Shown one piece after another: positions 26,907 through 39,873 of a stretch of DNA of 64,000 nt (position 1 is its first letter; every line of letters starts with the position of its first letter). The position numbers and the translations under genes are program-made. Origin of the DNA: Octopus vulgaris (taxonomy: Eukaryota); contig OX597817.1 in assembly GCA_951406725.2 (NCBI GenBank), forward strand, positions 152,644,001-152,708,000, read 5' to 3'. The notes beneath the pieces were generated by a model. That model was not told the origin of the DNA. It made no database searches and saw only the letters and a program-made list of their open reading frames with translations.

Positions 26907-27175
26907 AGTAAACACATAAATGTGAAACAAGGTGGAAAAAGAGTACTCAAATACCAGTGGTAGAGTAATATGCTTTATTTTAAGCAGCAGAAAATTCAAC
27001 AAAATCTGTTACTCTGAGTTTCTCGTTGTCGTTCATCAGACGATGAACGGCAACGAGAAACTCAGAGTAACAGATTTTGTTGAATTTTCTGCTGCTTAAA
27101 ATAAAGCATATTACTCTACCACTGGTATTTGAGTACTCTTTTTTCCACCTTGTTTCACATTTATGTGTTTACTCC

Positions 27176-27273
<98 letters not shown>

Positions 27274-27378
27274 CATACATACACACATACACACACACAT
27301 GTATGTATATATCCACACACACACATATGTATGTATATATATATGTGTATATACACACACACACACACATATATGTAT
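26620..27378. mobile_element. Tandem plus inverted array of the family 1 hammerhead/pLTR element
   Basis: Direct repeat 26620-26688 / 26973-27041; palindrome ~26691-27037 vs 27042-27378. Confidence 0.85.
26653..26690 (-). ncRNA. Minimal type I hammerhead ribozyme (family 1)
   Basis: ctgt-CTGATGA-acggcaacga-GAAA-ctc-a-gag-TA-acag: 4-bp stem I, intact core, short stem III, GUA triplet. Confidence 0.8.
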
Positions 27379-28464
27379 ATATATGTATATGTATATATAT
27401 ATCATTATACATAAGCATATATTTATGTTTGGGGAAAGAGGGAGGAACGGGAGAGACGGAGAGATGAGTCATAAAAATTGAATTATTTGGAGGTAATTTT
27501 TTGCTGCTCTAGAATTTATTAATAAAAAAAAAAAGAATAAGGAGGCCGCCTGTTGGGAGCGAAATATTACTCCTCGATTAATTGTTCAAAGTTAGCGTTG
27601 CTAAATGAAATTGTAGACAGCATTAATTCAAAAGCAACAACCATACACACTCAGACACACACAGACACAGACACACACACAGACACAGACACACACAGAC
27701 ACAGACTCACACAGATACACACAGACACAGACTCACACAGACACACATTAATAAACCCACTCACACGCACACATAAAAAAAAAGGAGATTAGGCGCCAAC
27801 AATTGGTTATAAATGATCCTTAGTTTCCTCTTGTCCGTACATGTCCAGACGACTACTTTTTCAACGCAGTTCAAATCAGTTCCCGGACGCCTTGCGATTT
27901 TGACGTTGTTCGTCTATAAGCAGACGACAGCGAGAGGCCACTTCGTAGACAAGAGGTGTACGGATGGAAACAATGTATTTACAGAACATTATTTGTATGT
28001 TGATTGTTCTGCGATCTATTATTATTACTATTAGCATTGTTATTGTTTTTGAATATGATAATCATAATGATGATTATTGTGATAGTGATGGTGATGAGAA
28101 GGTGGACGAGTAGGATAGGGATTAAGATGTTACCATTATTACTGTTATGATAATGAAAGCAATATCGTTTGTAATTCGATGAGAAATTCAGAATATCCAT
28201 TAAATAGGAACCCCAATGGAGTAAGTGTGCCAGCTCTTGTAATTGTTGGTGTGGTGTGTGTATGCGTATTTATTTATTTGCACATACATGCACACATACA
28301 CACATATATGTATATGCTGATATATGCACACACGTATTATAGAAATATGTGCATATATATGAATATTTACACAACACGCACGCACACACACGTATGTGTA
28401 TGCCAGTATATATACATAATACATACGTAAATACATATATATATATGCAATATGTGTACATATG

Positions 28465-28510
<46 letters not shown>

Positions 28511-28520
28511 TATCTATCTA

Positions 28521-28564
<44 letters not shown>

Positions 28565-28734
28565 TTTGTATGTTTGTATGTATAAATGTGTGTATGTGTG
28601 AACGCATGTGTGCGAATGTATATATATTTATGCATATACAATATATAGAGAGATATAGGAACTGTCTAACAGAAAAAGAGGTAGAAAGATAAATGGCGGA
28701 CACAAACAGATAACCAACATGCAGCAAGCTAGCT

Positions 28735-29540
28735 AGATTGTGTGTGGATAAGAAGGTAGTTTTGTAACCATGTCATTTCGGGTTCAGTTCCACTGCATGA
28801 TCCCCCGGGCGTGTGTTTTCTATTATAGCTACCGGCTGACCAATGCCTTGCGAGCAAATTTGTTGGTTGACGGAAATTGCGAGGAAGCCTGTGGCGTATG
28901 CGTGTGTGTATCTTTGTGTCTGTGTTTGTCACATCTCAACCGTCTGACAATTTGTGTTTACGTCCCCATAACTTTGCGGTTCGGCAAAAAAGACCGATAG
29001 AATAAGTACCTCACTTAAAAATAACATAAGTACTAGCGTCAATTTTCTTCGACTAAAACTTGTCAAAGCGGTGCTCCAGCCTGACTACTATTCAATGACT
29101 TAAAGAAATAAATTATAAAGGCGCGGGAGTGGCTGTGTGGTAAGTAGCTTGCTAACCAACCACATGGTTCCAGGTTCAATCCCACTGCGTGGCATCTTGG
29201 GCAAGTGTCTTCTGCTATAGCCCCGGGCCGACCAATGCCTTGTGAGTGGATTTGGTAGACGGAAACTGAAAGAAGCCCGTCGTATATATGTATATATATA
29301 TATGTATGTGTGTGTGTGTGTTTGTGTGTCTGTGTTTGTCCCCCTAGCATTGCTTGACAACCGATGCTGGTGTTTTTACGTCCCCATCACTTAGCGGTTC
29401 GGCAAAAGAGACCGATAGAATAAGTACTGGGCTTACAAAGAATAAGTCCCGGGGTCGATTTGCTCGACTAAAGGCGGTGCTCCAGCATGGCCGCAGTCAA
29501 ATGACTGAAACAAGTAAAAGAGTAAAAGAGAAAGAGTAAA
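28735..29540 (+). mobile_element. Two SINE family A copies (old 28735-29110; young 29120-29540)
   Basis: Family similarity. Confidence 0.9.
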
Positions 29541-30082
29541 GACAGACAGAAAGAACATTATTTTCTACAATTTAGCTCCTATTTTCTTTTCAATAATGAT
29601 ATTCACACTGTATCACTGTTCTCTGAAGGCTCACCTTGGATCACTTCAAAATATCCAATAAGTTTATTTTCATTCTTCGAGACTCATTGAAATAAAGTAT
29701 TTGCTCCGTCATATTCTGGGTTTCCTGTCAAATTTCTGATCCTGTACCCTAGCAGAATCATTACAACATTGGTTGCAAAATTCCTTGAGATATTTATTCC
29801 AGCTCTTTACGTTTCGAGTTCAAGCCCCGCTGATGTTAATTTTACATTTGATCCCTCTGGGTCAATAAGTTAAAGAACCAATCGATGGTACCGATTAATT
29901 CCTTCCCCTCAAAATTTCTGGCTTTGTGTCAAAATTAAAAATAATTGTTATGACTTGATAGAGCGGCGACCTGGTACATTCGTTTGAGCACATCTTTTCA
30001 AGGCGTTCAAACATTAGTATTATTTTTAAAAGCCTTAAATTATATGTGCATTTATAATGATATTTAATATGCTCATGTACAT

Positions 30083-30680
30083 ATGAATGAGGGAAGACCT
30101 TTCGCTGCAGAAGTAGTACAGGGAGAAATTTATTCTCTTATACAGCATATGTGAAAATACATTGGGCTGTGAATGAAGTGTTTCTGTATCGTTACGCGTC
30201 ATCAGTCACGAATGCCGAATTCGTTGATCACAGCCCTATCAGAGCGATGATTTTGATATACAAGAACAGCATGCAGTAAATTTGCTGGCTTGAGTAAAGC
30301 TTGGTCAGGCTGGAATTAATTAAGCGAAGCAACGTTGAGTAAAATATATGCATGTACAATTATATTTGATTCGCTCGGGTGCATTTGAACGTGGGATAAT
30401 CTTTCGCTGCTGAAATAGTCCCGGTGGAAATTTCTCCTATCAGAAAACATGTGTGAAAACAAATTGGGCAATGAATGACATCAATGGGCCGTCGGACGCT
30501 CGCATTTCTAAGTTGTTTCGTATAATCAATCACGAATACCGAATTTGGTGATCACAGCCCTACCAGAACGATAGTTCATATATATAAGGCTAGCAAAACA
30601 GCAAATTTGTTGACCTCCCCCTACCAAGTGGCACACCGCTTGTGACTAACTGGCGTACCTATATTGGAAGGTACTGTAGT
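30083..30680. repeat. Diverged tandem duplication (~210-230 bp core, ~300 bp period), possibly from a DNA transposon
   Basis: CTTTCGCTGC..., TCACGAATRCCGAATT..TGATCACAGCCCTA each occur twice. Confidence 0.7.
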
Positions 30681-31004
30681 TACATTTATATGCATTCTAG
30701 ACATCTAAAAGAAAGCCATTTCAAATGATTCGTAAAATATTTAAACAAAAGCAAGCTTCGACTAATGAATCACAGATACACTTTTTATTCGCTATCTTCA
30801 ATCGTTACTATAACAAACACTGTTTTTCTGCACTAGCTACTCTCTTAATCTTCTCTATCTAGACCCGCTTGGACCACTCTGTCTATTCGCTCCTTCTTCT
30901 GATTATCAACCATACTGCGTCTCACATTCCAAAACACTGCACTAAATATTTTGCCTAGAGCTTCATCTATAGATCTGCAACTATCTACAATTTACTTCAT
31001 CTTC

Positions 31005-31960
31005 ACGTCCGTCTTTTACGCTCTGAGTTCAAACTCCGCTTTTCATCCTTTGGAGGTCGACAGAATAGTATCAATTGAGTATTGAGCGTCGATGTAATCG
31101 ACTTACCCCCCTCCCCCCCGCGCAAATTGCTGACCTGGTGCCAAAATGTCAAACTGAAAAATTAACATCTATAAAGCGTCGAGCTAGCAGAATCGTTAGC
31201 ACACCGGGCAAAATGCTTAGCGGTATTTCGTCTGTCGTTACGTTGTGAGTTCAAATTCCGCCGAGGTCGACTTTGCCTTTCATCATTTCGGGGTCGATAA
31301 ATTAAGTACCAGTTACGCACTGGGGTTGATGTAATCGACTTAATACCTATGTCTGTCCTTGTTTGTCCCCTCTGTGTTTAGCCCCTTGTGGGTAATAAAG
31401 AAATAGGTATTTCGTTCTGAGTTCAAATTCCGCCGAGGTCGACTTTGCCTTTCATCCTTTCGGGGTCGATTAAATAAGTACCAGTTACGCACTGGGGTCG
31501 ATATAATCGACTAAATCCGTCTGTCTGTCCTTATTTGTCTCCTCTGTGTTTAGCCCCTTGTGGGTAGTAAAGAAATTGGTATTTCGTCTACCGTTACGTT
31601 CTGAGTTCAAATTCCGCCGAGGTCGACTTTGCCTTTCATCCTTTCGAGGTCGATAAATTAAGTACCAGTTACGCACTGGGGTCGATGTAATCGACTTAAT
31701 CTCTTTATCCGTCCTTGTTTGTCCTCTCTATGCTTAGCCCCTTGTGGGCAATAAAGAAATAAGAATCGTTAGTACGCCGGGCAAAATGCTTTGCAGCATT
31801 TCGTCCGTCTTCAGGTTCTGTGTTCGAATTCCGCCGAGGTCGACTTTGCCCTTCATTCTTTCGGAGTCGATAAAATACGTATCATTTGAACAATGGGGGC
31901 AATGTAATCGACTTACTTCTTTCCCTAAATAGCTGGCCTTGTGCCAAAATTTGAAATCAA
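31005..31960 (+). mobile_element. Cluster of SINE family B, including one head with three body-tail units (31175-31760)
   Basis: Five core copies in tandem. Confidence 0.9.
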
Positions 31961-32115
31961 TAAATTAACACCCAAATAGGAAAACAGTGCATACAAAGCA
32001 CGTATGCTCATACACATACTTGCAAACACACACGTACACGCATCATGAGCTCTTGCGTGTATATATACTTGCATCCACTCACTCGCATACGCACATGCAC
32101 TCACTCACTCACTCT

Positions 32116-32146
<31 letters not shown>

Positions 32147-32240
32147 CAGAATATTATATAGTATGACCCTGTAGTCTGTTCCATTAAAAAATTTCCTCGA
32201 CGTTCCACATGCTGACGGTTCCGCAGATAACAGATGCCTA

Positions 32241-32279
<39 letters not shown>

Positions 32280-32287
32280 ATCTATCT

Positions 32288-32505
32288 TATTTCTTTATTG
32301 CCCACAAGGGGTTACACATAGAGGGGACAAACAAGGACAAACAAACTAATTAAGTCGATTACATCGACCCCAGTGCGTAACTGGTACTTAATTTATCGAC
32401 CCCGAAAGGATGAAAGGCAAAGCCGACCTCGGATGAATTTGAACTCAGAACGTAACGGCTGACGAAATATCGCCCTGCGTGCTAACGTTACTGCCAGCTC
32501 GCCAC
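32288..32505 (-). mobile_element. SINE family B
   Basis: Family similarity; sits between (ATCT)n tracts. Confidence 0.9.
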
Positions 32506-32513
32506 TTTGACAG

Positions 32514-32602
<89 letters not shown>

Positions 32603-32949
32603 CCTGTCTGCCTATCTCTCCTTTTCTCTATCTGTATGGATGCACGTGTGCGTGAGTGTTTGCGCGTGTTTGTATGCACCACTCAGAGAAGTCGTATATA
32701 CATACACACAGACAAAAACGAACGAAACATCTACAACCACCGGGACCACCAAACACTTCCATCCGCATACAAGTTGACCTCGCAAGATGATATGATTTGA
32801 TCGACATAATAATAATAATTCGACAGCTAATAAGATCGTCTAGTTAAGTTCATAATCAATACAACTGTCTTTATTAAGCTTCGTAGCTTAATCAGTTTTT
32901 ACAGCAGGACTAATTTTTAAATAATGTTTCGTGATACGTTGCATTTCTC

Positions 32950-32999
<50 letters not shown>

Positions 33000-33118
33000 A
33001 ACATACACACGCACACACACATGCGCGCGCACACACACACACACACGCGCGCGCATACACACAAACACATATGAATCTTTGTATGATCTCTGTAAATGTG
33101 TGTAGGTATTTACATTAG

Positions 33119-33352
33119 AAGGCGGCGAGCTGGCAGAACCGTTAGCATGCCGGGCGAAATGCGTAGCCATATTTCGCCTGCCGTTGCATTCTGAGTTCAA
33201 ATTTCGCCGAGCTCGACTTTGCCTTTCATCCTTTCGGGGTCGATAAATTAAGTACCAGTTACGCACTGGGGTCGATGTCATCGACTTAATCCGTTTGTCT
33301 GTCCTTGTTTGTCCCCTCTGCGTTTAGCCCCCTTGTGGATAGTAAAGAAATA
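33119..33352 (+). mobile_element. SINE family B with 16-bp TSD
   Basis: TAGGTATTTACATTAG at 33103-33118 and 33351-33366. Confidence 0.9.
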
Positions 33353-33677
33353 GGTATTTACATTAGCATAATGCATTTCAATCGTACAATGGTTCGTTAT
33401 TCTTGAAAAAAAATACTTCTAAAGTTGTAAGGTATTGATATCAATACATAAATAAATATGCACTCTAATTTACCATGTGTATAGTTTTTATTGTGCGTGT
33501 GTATGTGTGTGTGTATGTGTGTCTTTGTGTGGACGGGTGGGTGAGTGATGGTGGCGTGAAGAGGGAGTTGATGGTAGTAGTGGGTGGACCGTAGACATCT
33601 CGCATGCTTTTTCAGAACTATATATTAACCCATTGCCTGTCATGAGCCCCATTTGGGGATCTCCTAAAAACGAGTGT

Positions 33678-33775
33678 AGGACAAACGCCCCCACGGACAA
33701 AAGCCCTCACGGACAAAAGCTCCTCGGACAAAAGCCCTGTAGTTAAATTGTGAAAGTGGACAAAAACCCCTCGGT
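33678..33775 (+). repeat. Five copies of a 15-16 bp GGACAAAAGCCCCYC motif
   Basis: Four tandem copies and one spaced copy. Confidence 0.85.
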
Positions 33776-34127
33776 TATATTTTGGGCTATTATTTTTGTT
33801 TCTCCATCGTCGCTTGACAACCGATGTTGGTGTATTTACGTCCCCGTAACTTAGCGGTTCGGCAAAAGAGATCGATAGAATAATTACTAGGCCCACGAAG
33901 AATAAGTCCTGGGGTCGATTCGTTCCACTAAAGTAGGTGCTCGAGAGTATAGTTATATGTTTAGGCAGGCAAATATATACATTAGTCAAACCACGAAGCC
34001 ACACGCCTCCACAATTTTTACACACACACACACACACATCAGGTTTATACCTGTAATTATTGAGCCACTGAGATATGTAACACACTGCTTAAATACAAAT
34101 CTTGAGACATTAGGCTTCTCAAAACCA

Positions 34128-34770
34128 GAAAGGAGAAAAGCGGATTCAAAGATTACAGATCGACGGCATCGGTGGAACTCCAAAAATCTGTAAAACTTTC
34201 CGCAAGTTTACCATTTAAGTATATATTTTGCCTGCCTAAACATATAACTATACGCATAGAAATACATACATAATACATACAAATCTGCACATACATACAT
34301 ACATACATACATACATACATACATACATACATACATACATACATACATACATACATACATACATACATACGTACACACACACATACATAAATACATACAT
34401 ACATACATACCTTGTTTTGATGTTGAAATTCCAATGAAGGAATCTTGGATCTAGGTTAGAAACCAGTTCCTTCTTTATTAGTCAGAAATCTTGAAATAAA
34501 CTGAATGATGACATACATACATACATACATACCCAATGAATGAACTTTGTTTCTTGAATAGAAACCGGATCTTTCTCAATTGGCAAGAAATCTTGAAATA
34601 AAACTGAACAATGACATACATACATACACACACACACACACGCATACATACATACATACATACACATACACGCATACATACATACATTCATACAGGCGTA
34701 CACACACGCACGTATACATATATACATACATACATACATACATACATACATACATACATACATACATACA
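34128..34770 (+). repeat. Local segmental duplication, copy 1 (copy 2 at 36752-37460)
   Basis: AAAGGAGAAAAGCGGATTCAAAGATTACAGATCGACG... and the following blocks are repeated colinearly. Confidence 0.9.
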
Positions 34771-34774
34771 TACA

Positions 34775-35533
34775 TACGAAGTCTGATGAATAAGTATCCG
34801 GCCTGCTGCCATTGTAACGAAGCTAAAGCACGTGGAGCAAAGCCGTTAGGCAAAAATTGATCTTGAACTCTGCTATGCATGCTCGCTACGTTTTAACGTT
34901 CTAGCTCACTTCCGCTGTTTACAGCAATGCTTTTAAGGAAGATGTGTAGCGTGTCATCGTCGCATTGACCAAGACAGAGAAAGTTGTCATGGCGATACCT
35001 GCTCAGTGGCCTGTGCAAAGTTGCAGAAAGTGTATGGCGAGGTATGTATGAGCCTCACACAAGTGTACGAGTGGTTAAGACGATTCCAAAATGGCCGAAA
35101 AAATGTTGGTGAACGTTCAGAGAGACCCAGAACCAGCAGAACTTAGAAAAACATCGCAGATGTGCGTGCAACTGTGAGGGGAAATCACCGAATCACCATC
35201 CATGAGTCATTATAGGATGTGCAGAAAAATAACGGTTCAGTTCAGTCCATTATCACTGAAGATTTTGGTATGAGACGGTTTTCAGCTGATCAAAAAGGCA
35301 CTCGGGCTTCAGTTATACAAGATCTCATTGATTGTGTGGAGAATGAGGAAAACTTTGAAAATTTGCATAGGCTTCTGAGCAGGTATCTCCAAACGTTTGG
35401 CAAAATTTGATGCAGATTCTCTGCTCAACTTTCTGTCATGGTCAATGCGACGATCACATGCCACACACGTTCCTTCCAAGCACTGCTGTTAACAGCGGAA
35501 GTAAGCTAGAACGTTAAAACAGAGTTCAAAATC
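34775..35533 (+). mobile_element. Mariner derivative: N-terminal transposase remnant with inverted duplication of its 5' region
   Basis: KLQKVYGEVCMSLTQVYEWLRRFQNGR (mariner HTH); 34859-34986 inverted at 35426-35533. Confidence 0.85.
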
Positions 35534-35534
35534 A

Positions 35535-35725
35535 GGCGTTGAAGTGGCTGTGTGGTAAGTAGCTTGCTTACCAGCCAGATGGTTCCGGGTTCAGTCCCAC
35601 TGCGTGGCACCTTGGGCAAGTGTCTTCTACTACAGCCTCGGACCGACCAAAGCCTTGAGTTGATTTGGTAGACGGAAACTGAAAAAAACCCGTCGTATAC
35701 ATGTATGTGTTTATATATATATATT

Positions 35726-35778
<53 letters not shown>

Positions 35779-35989
35779 GTGTATGTGTATATTTGTGTGC
35801 TTGTGTTTGTCCCCACAACATCACTTGACAACCGATGCTGGTGTGTTTACGTCCTCGTAATGTAGCGGTTCGGATAGAATAAGTACTAGGCTTACAAAGA
35901 ATAAGTCCTGGAGTCGATTTGCTCGACTAAAGGCGGTGCTCCAGCATGGCGGCAGTCAAATGACTGAAACAAATAAAAGCGAGTAAAGA

Positions 35990-36052
<63 letters not shown>

Positions 36053-36270
36053 TGTATATGTTTGTTTGTCTGTGTTTGTTTCCCCACCATCGCTTGACAA
36101 CCGATGCTGGTGTGTTTATGTCCCCGTAACTTAGCGGTTCGGCAAAATTGACCGATATAATAAGTACTAGGCTCACAAAGAATAAGTCCGGGTATCGATT
36201 CGTTCTACTAAAGTAGGTGCTCCACCATGGCCGCAATCACATGACTGAAATAATTAACAGAATAAAAGAA
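35535..36270 (+). mobile_element. SINE family A full copy plus a 3' half copy
   Basis: Family similarity. Confidence 0.9.
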
Positions 36271-36589
36271 TATGTGTGTGTGTGTGTGTTTTGGTCCCAT
36301 TCTCGGCAAATTTCTTGTCAGTGCCTCCACAGCGGAAGCAATATTATCGATAATGACCGAAATTGCTCTTGACTCTCTGGCCGATAACTAAAGTGGAGTT
36401 GTTAACCTGTACATTTTGTTCATCTGTGTATTTAGTAGACGCTCGTATGCTTATTTACTACATGTTTTTTAAAAACTATATATATGTATATGTCATATTT
36501 TTCGTTTGTTGTCTTTTTATTTAAACCTGAAAAAAAATATATATACTACATAGATCCTTCTCAAATCATTTGACTCATAAGGTCGCTAA

Positions 36590-36752
36590 ATTGGTTTCTG
36601 TGGTGCATATGTTCCTCCTTGGACTGGATGCCAGTCCGTTGCAGGATTACTCCTCTTTGTCAGATGAGTCTATTGAAGCAGCGTAAAACGAAGTGTTTTG
36701 CTTAAAAATATAACGTAGCTCCCGGTCCAGGAATCGAAGACACAATCTTACG
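36590..36752 (-). mobile_element. Diverged tRNA-headed SINE (family D)
   Basis: Reverse complement similar to 12270-12450. Confidence 0.6.
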
Positions 36753-37082
36753 AAAGGAGAAAAGCGGATTCAAAGATTACAGATCGACGCCATCGGTGGA
36801 ACTCCAAAAATCTGTAAAACTTTCCACGAGTTTACCATTTAAGTATATATTTGCCTGCCTAAACATATAACTATACGCATGGAAATACATACAACATACA
36901 TACATACATACATACATACATACATACATACATACATACATACATACATAAATACATACATACCTTGTTTTGATGTTGAAATTCCAATGAAGGAATCTTG
37001 GATCTAGGTTAGAAACCAGTTCTTTCTTTATTAGTCAGAAATCTTGAAATAAGCTGAATGATGACATACATACATACATACA

Positions 37083-37115
<33 letters not shown>

Positions 37116-37460
37116 GCATACATTCATACCCAATGAATGAACGTTGGATCTTGATTAGAAACCGGATCTTTCTCTATTGGCAAGAAATCTTGAAATAAAA
37201 TTGAACAATGACATACATACATACACACACACACACATACATACATACATACACATACATGCATACATACATACATTCATACAGGCATACAGGCATATAC
37301 ATACGCACGTATACATACATACATACATACATACATACATACACATACACGCATACATACATACATTCATACAGGCATACACATACGCACGTATACATAC
37401 ATACATACATACATACATACAAACATACATACATACATACATACGTACATCATACATACA
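36752..37460 (+). repeat. Local segmental duplication, copy 2
   Basis: Colinear with 34128-34770. Confidence 0.9.
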
Positions 37461-37742
37461 TACATACATACAAACATGTTATTTATCACGGTACGCCCAT
37501 AAGCGTTATTATCTCCAGAAGAACACCGTAGTTAATTTGGTTTAGCTTCTGTTGCATATAACGGGACCCCTCCCCCCACACACACACAAATGCAAGCATG
37601 TCTGTGTGGTTAGAAGCTTGCTTCGCAACTATACGATTCAGTCCCACTGTTTGGCACCTTGCGCAATAGCTTCTGCAATAGCCTCGGGCTTGCCAATACC
37701 TTGTGAGTAGATTTGGTAGACGAAAACTGAAAGAAATCTGTC

Positions 37743-37906
<164 letters not shown>

Positions 37907-39004
37907 CAAGGATTGGACAAGATAATGGAAACACCTAAAAATTTCAAACAAATTTATTTTTATATGAGGTAGGACCGCCTTTGGGAGTAATTACAACTTG
38001 AATTCCACGAGGTATGGAGTCGTACAAAGTTTGAATCGTTTCCAAAGGAATTTTTGCCCATTCTTCAGCTAAAACAGTCTCCAGTTCTTGTAGTGATGAC
38101 GGTGGAGAATATCGACACCTTAATTGTTTTTCTAAAATGCACCATAAATGTTGAATAATATTGAGATCTTGGGACTGTGGTAGCCAGATAAGATGTTCAG
38201 CTTCACTAGAATGTTCCTCGTGCCATTCAGTGGCAACTTTAGCTGTGTGAATTGGTTCATTATCATCCTGAAGGATTGCGTTTTGTTCCCGGAAACAGTT
38301 CCGCAACCATAGGATGAATTTGATCAGATAAAATGCTTAAATAGTCTTGACTATTAATTCTGCCATGAAGGGAAACCATCGGGTCTGTTGATTTCCAAGA
38401 TTTAGCCCCCCCCCCTCCATCCTATTTTATCACAGATCCCCCTCCACGTTTAACTGTTCGATGAAGGCAACCTGGGTCAAATGATTCTTTTGGCTGTCTC
38501 CTGACGTATACTAGGCCGGTGTTCGGAAATACGGTAAAGGATGACTCGTCCGAGAAAATATCCTTCTTCCACTGTTCTAGGAACCAATTCTGTAGGTTTT
38601 TACTCCACTCTAAACGCTTTGCAACGTTTGTTTTTGAAAGTAGTGGTTTTTCGATTGCCGCCCTCCCGTGAAATCAGACTTTGTGTAGCTCCCGGCAAAC
38701 AGTTTTGTGGAAATTGGGTTCTCAAGGTGGCCATTAAGCTCTGCAGTAATTTTGGGAGCCGTACTTTGTAATCCTACCTAACAATTCGCGTAAGAGTCCG
38801 ATGATCCCTATCTGAAAGTTTTGGTTTTCTTCCGGAGTTTTGTTTCGACGAGGAGGTTTCTCCCTTTTTCTCAAAGGCTGTCATTACTTTGAGACAGTAC
38901 TTTTTGATACACCAAACATTACGGCTGTTTTAGTTATGCTAGCGCCTGCCATATGAGCACCAACAATTTGACCTCTTTGAAAGTTCGATAGGTCTGTCAT
39001 TTTT
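37907..39004 (-). mobile_element. Tc1-family transposon, decayed, 5' TIR missing
   Basis: ATG at 39000 (MTDLSNFQRGQIVGA); LQDDNEPIH...WLPQSQDLNIIQHLW; terminal TA-CAAGGATTGGACAAGATAATGGAAACACCT. Confidence 0.9.
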
Positions 39005-39780
39005 TGTTAACACAACGTTTCGGCTGATATCTGTAAACAGTTCTACTCATTACACTCGTGGTTACTATTTCAAATGTTCTCGCTTTGGCTCCCTAAATTA
39101 CCGAAAAAACTGATGCAGCAGATAATACCTTACTGCAGTGGCCTTTGCCGGTTAGAGAACGTATACATTTAAATTTAAATTTAAAATGAGGGTGATAAAT
39201 TAGATATTAATTTCTTAATGATATTAATTTCTTAATGATCTGCAGCATCAGTTTTTCCGGTAAATTAGGGAGCCAAAGCGAGGATATTTGAAATAGTAAC
39301 CACGAGTGTAATGGGTAGAACTGTTTACAGGTCTGACTTTGTGCTGACGTCCTAGTGTGCAAATTATATTCATTTGTACGGTCGAATCGATGATCTACGG
39401 ACATTTATGTAAGTAAAATTACGTAATATGTTAATAGCGAAACATGTATGCGAATGATCCATATTTTTATTGCTTTTTCTTTTGGCTTGTTCAATTACGT
39501 TTTGGTTGTTTTGCTGAATTTTTCTTGAGAACATTTCTTAGTGGTAAGGCCATAGCGGATCTATTTCTAGCATAAGGGTGTCCACATAGTGGTTTCCCTC
39601 TAATATGTATATAATACAATTTTACTGAATCTTCAGGTTTTTTATATGCTAGACCACTGGTGTGAAATCGATGTTAATTAAATTAATATCAAATTTCTCA
39701 CCCTCATTTTAAATTTATATATATATACTTTATTTAAAAGCAGCAGAAAATTCACAAAACCTGTTACTCTGAGTTTACTT
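39005..39780. mobile_element. Composite of pLTR-like fragments with overlapping inverted repeats
   Basis: 39031-39123 vs 39238-39330 inverted; 39170-39213 vs 39678-39716 inverted; hammerhead halves at 39009-39030 (family 2) and 39761-39777 (family 1); 39480-39600 is similar to 51310-51430. Confidence 0.7.
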
Positions 39781-39796
39781 TCGTAAACCTTCCCAT

Positions 39797-39859
<63 letters not shown>

Positions 39860-39873
<14 letters not shown>

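Noticed and set aside
32165-32180. ACCCTGTAG resembling the miR-10 5' end
   Set aside because: The match ends after 9 nt and no precursor hairpin is apparent.
33678-33775. CRISPR-like short repeats
   Set aside because: No regular unique spacers, no cas genes, and a eukaryotic context.
34428-34472. CCAATGA...GAAACCAG as a hammerhead
   Set aside because: It lacks the essential G5, and stem I pairing is not evident in any of the copies.
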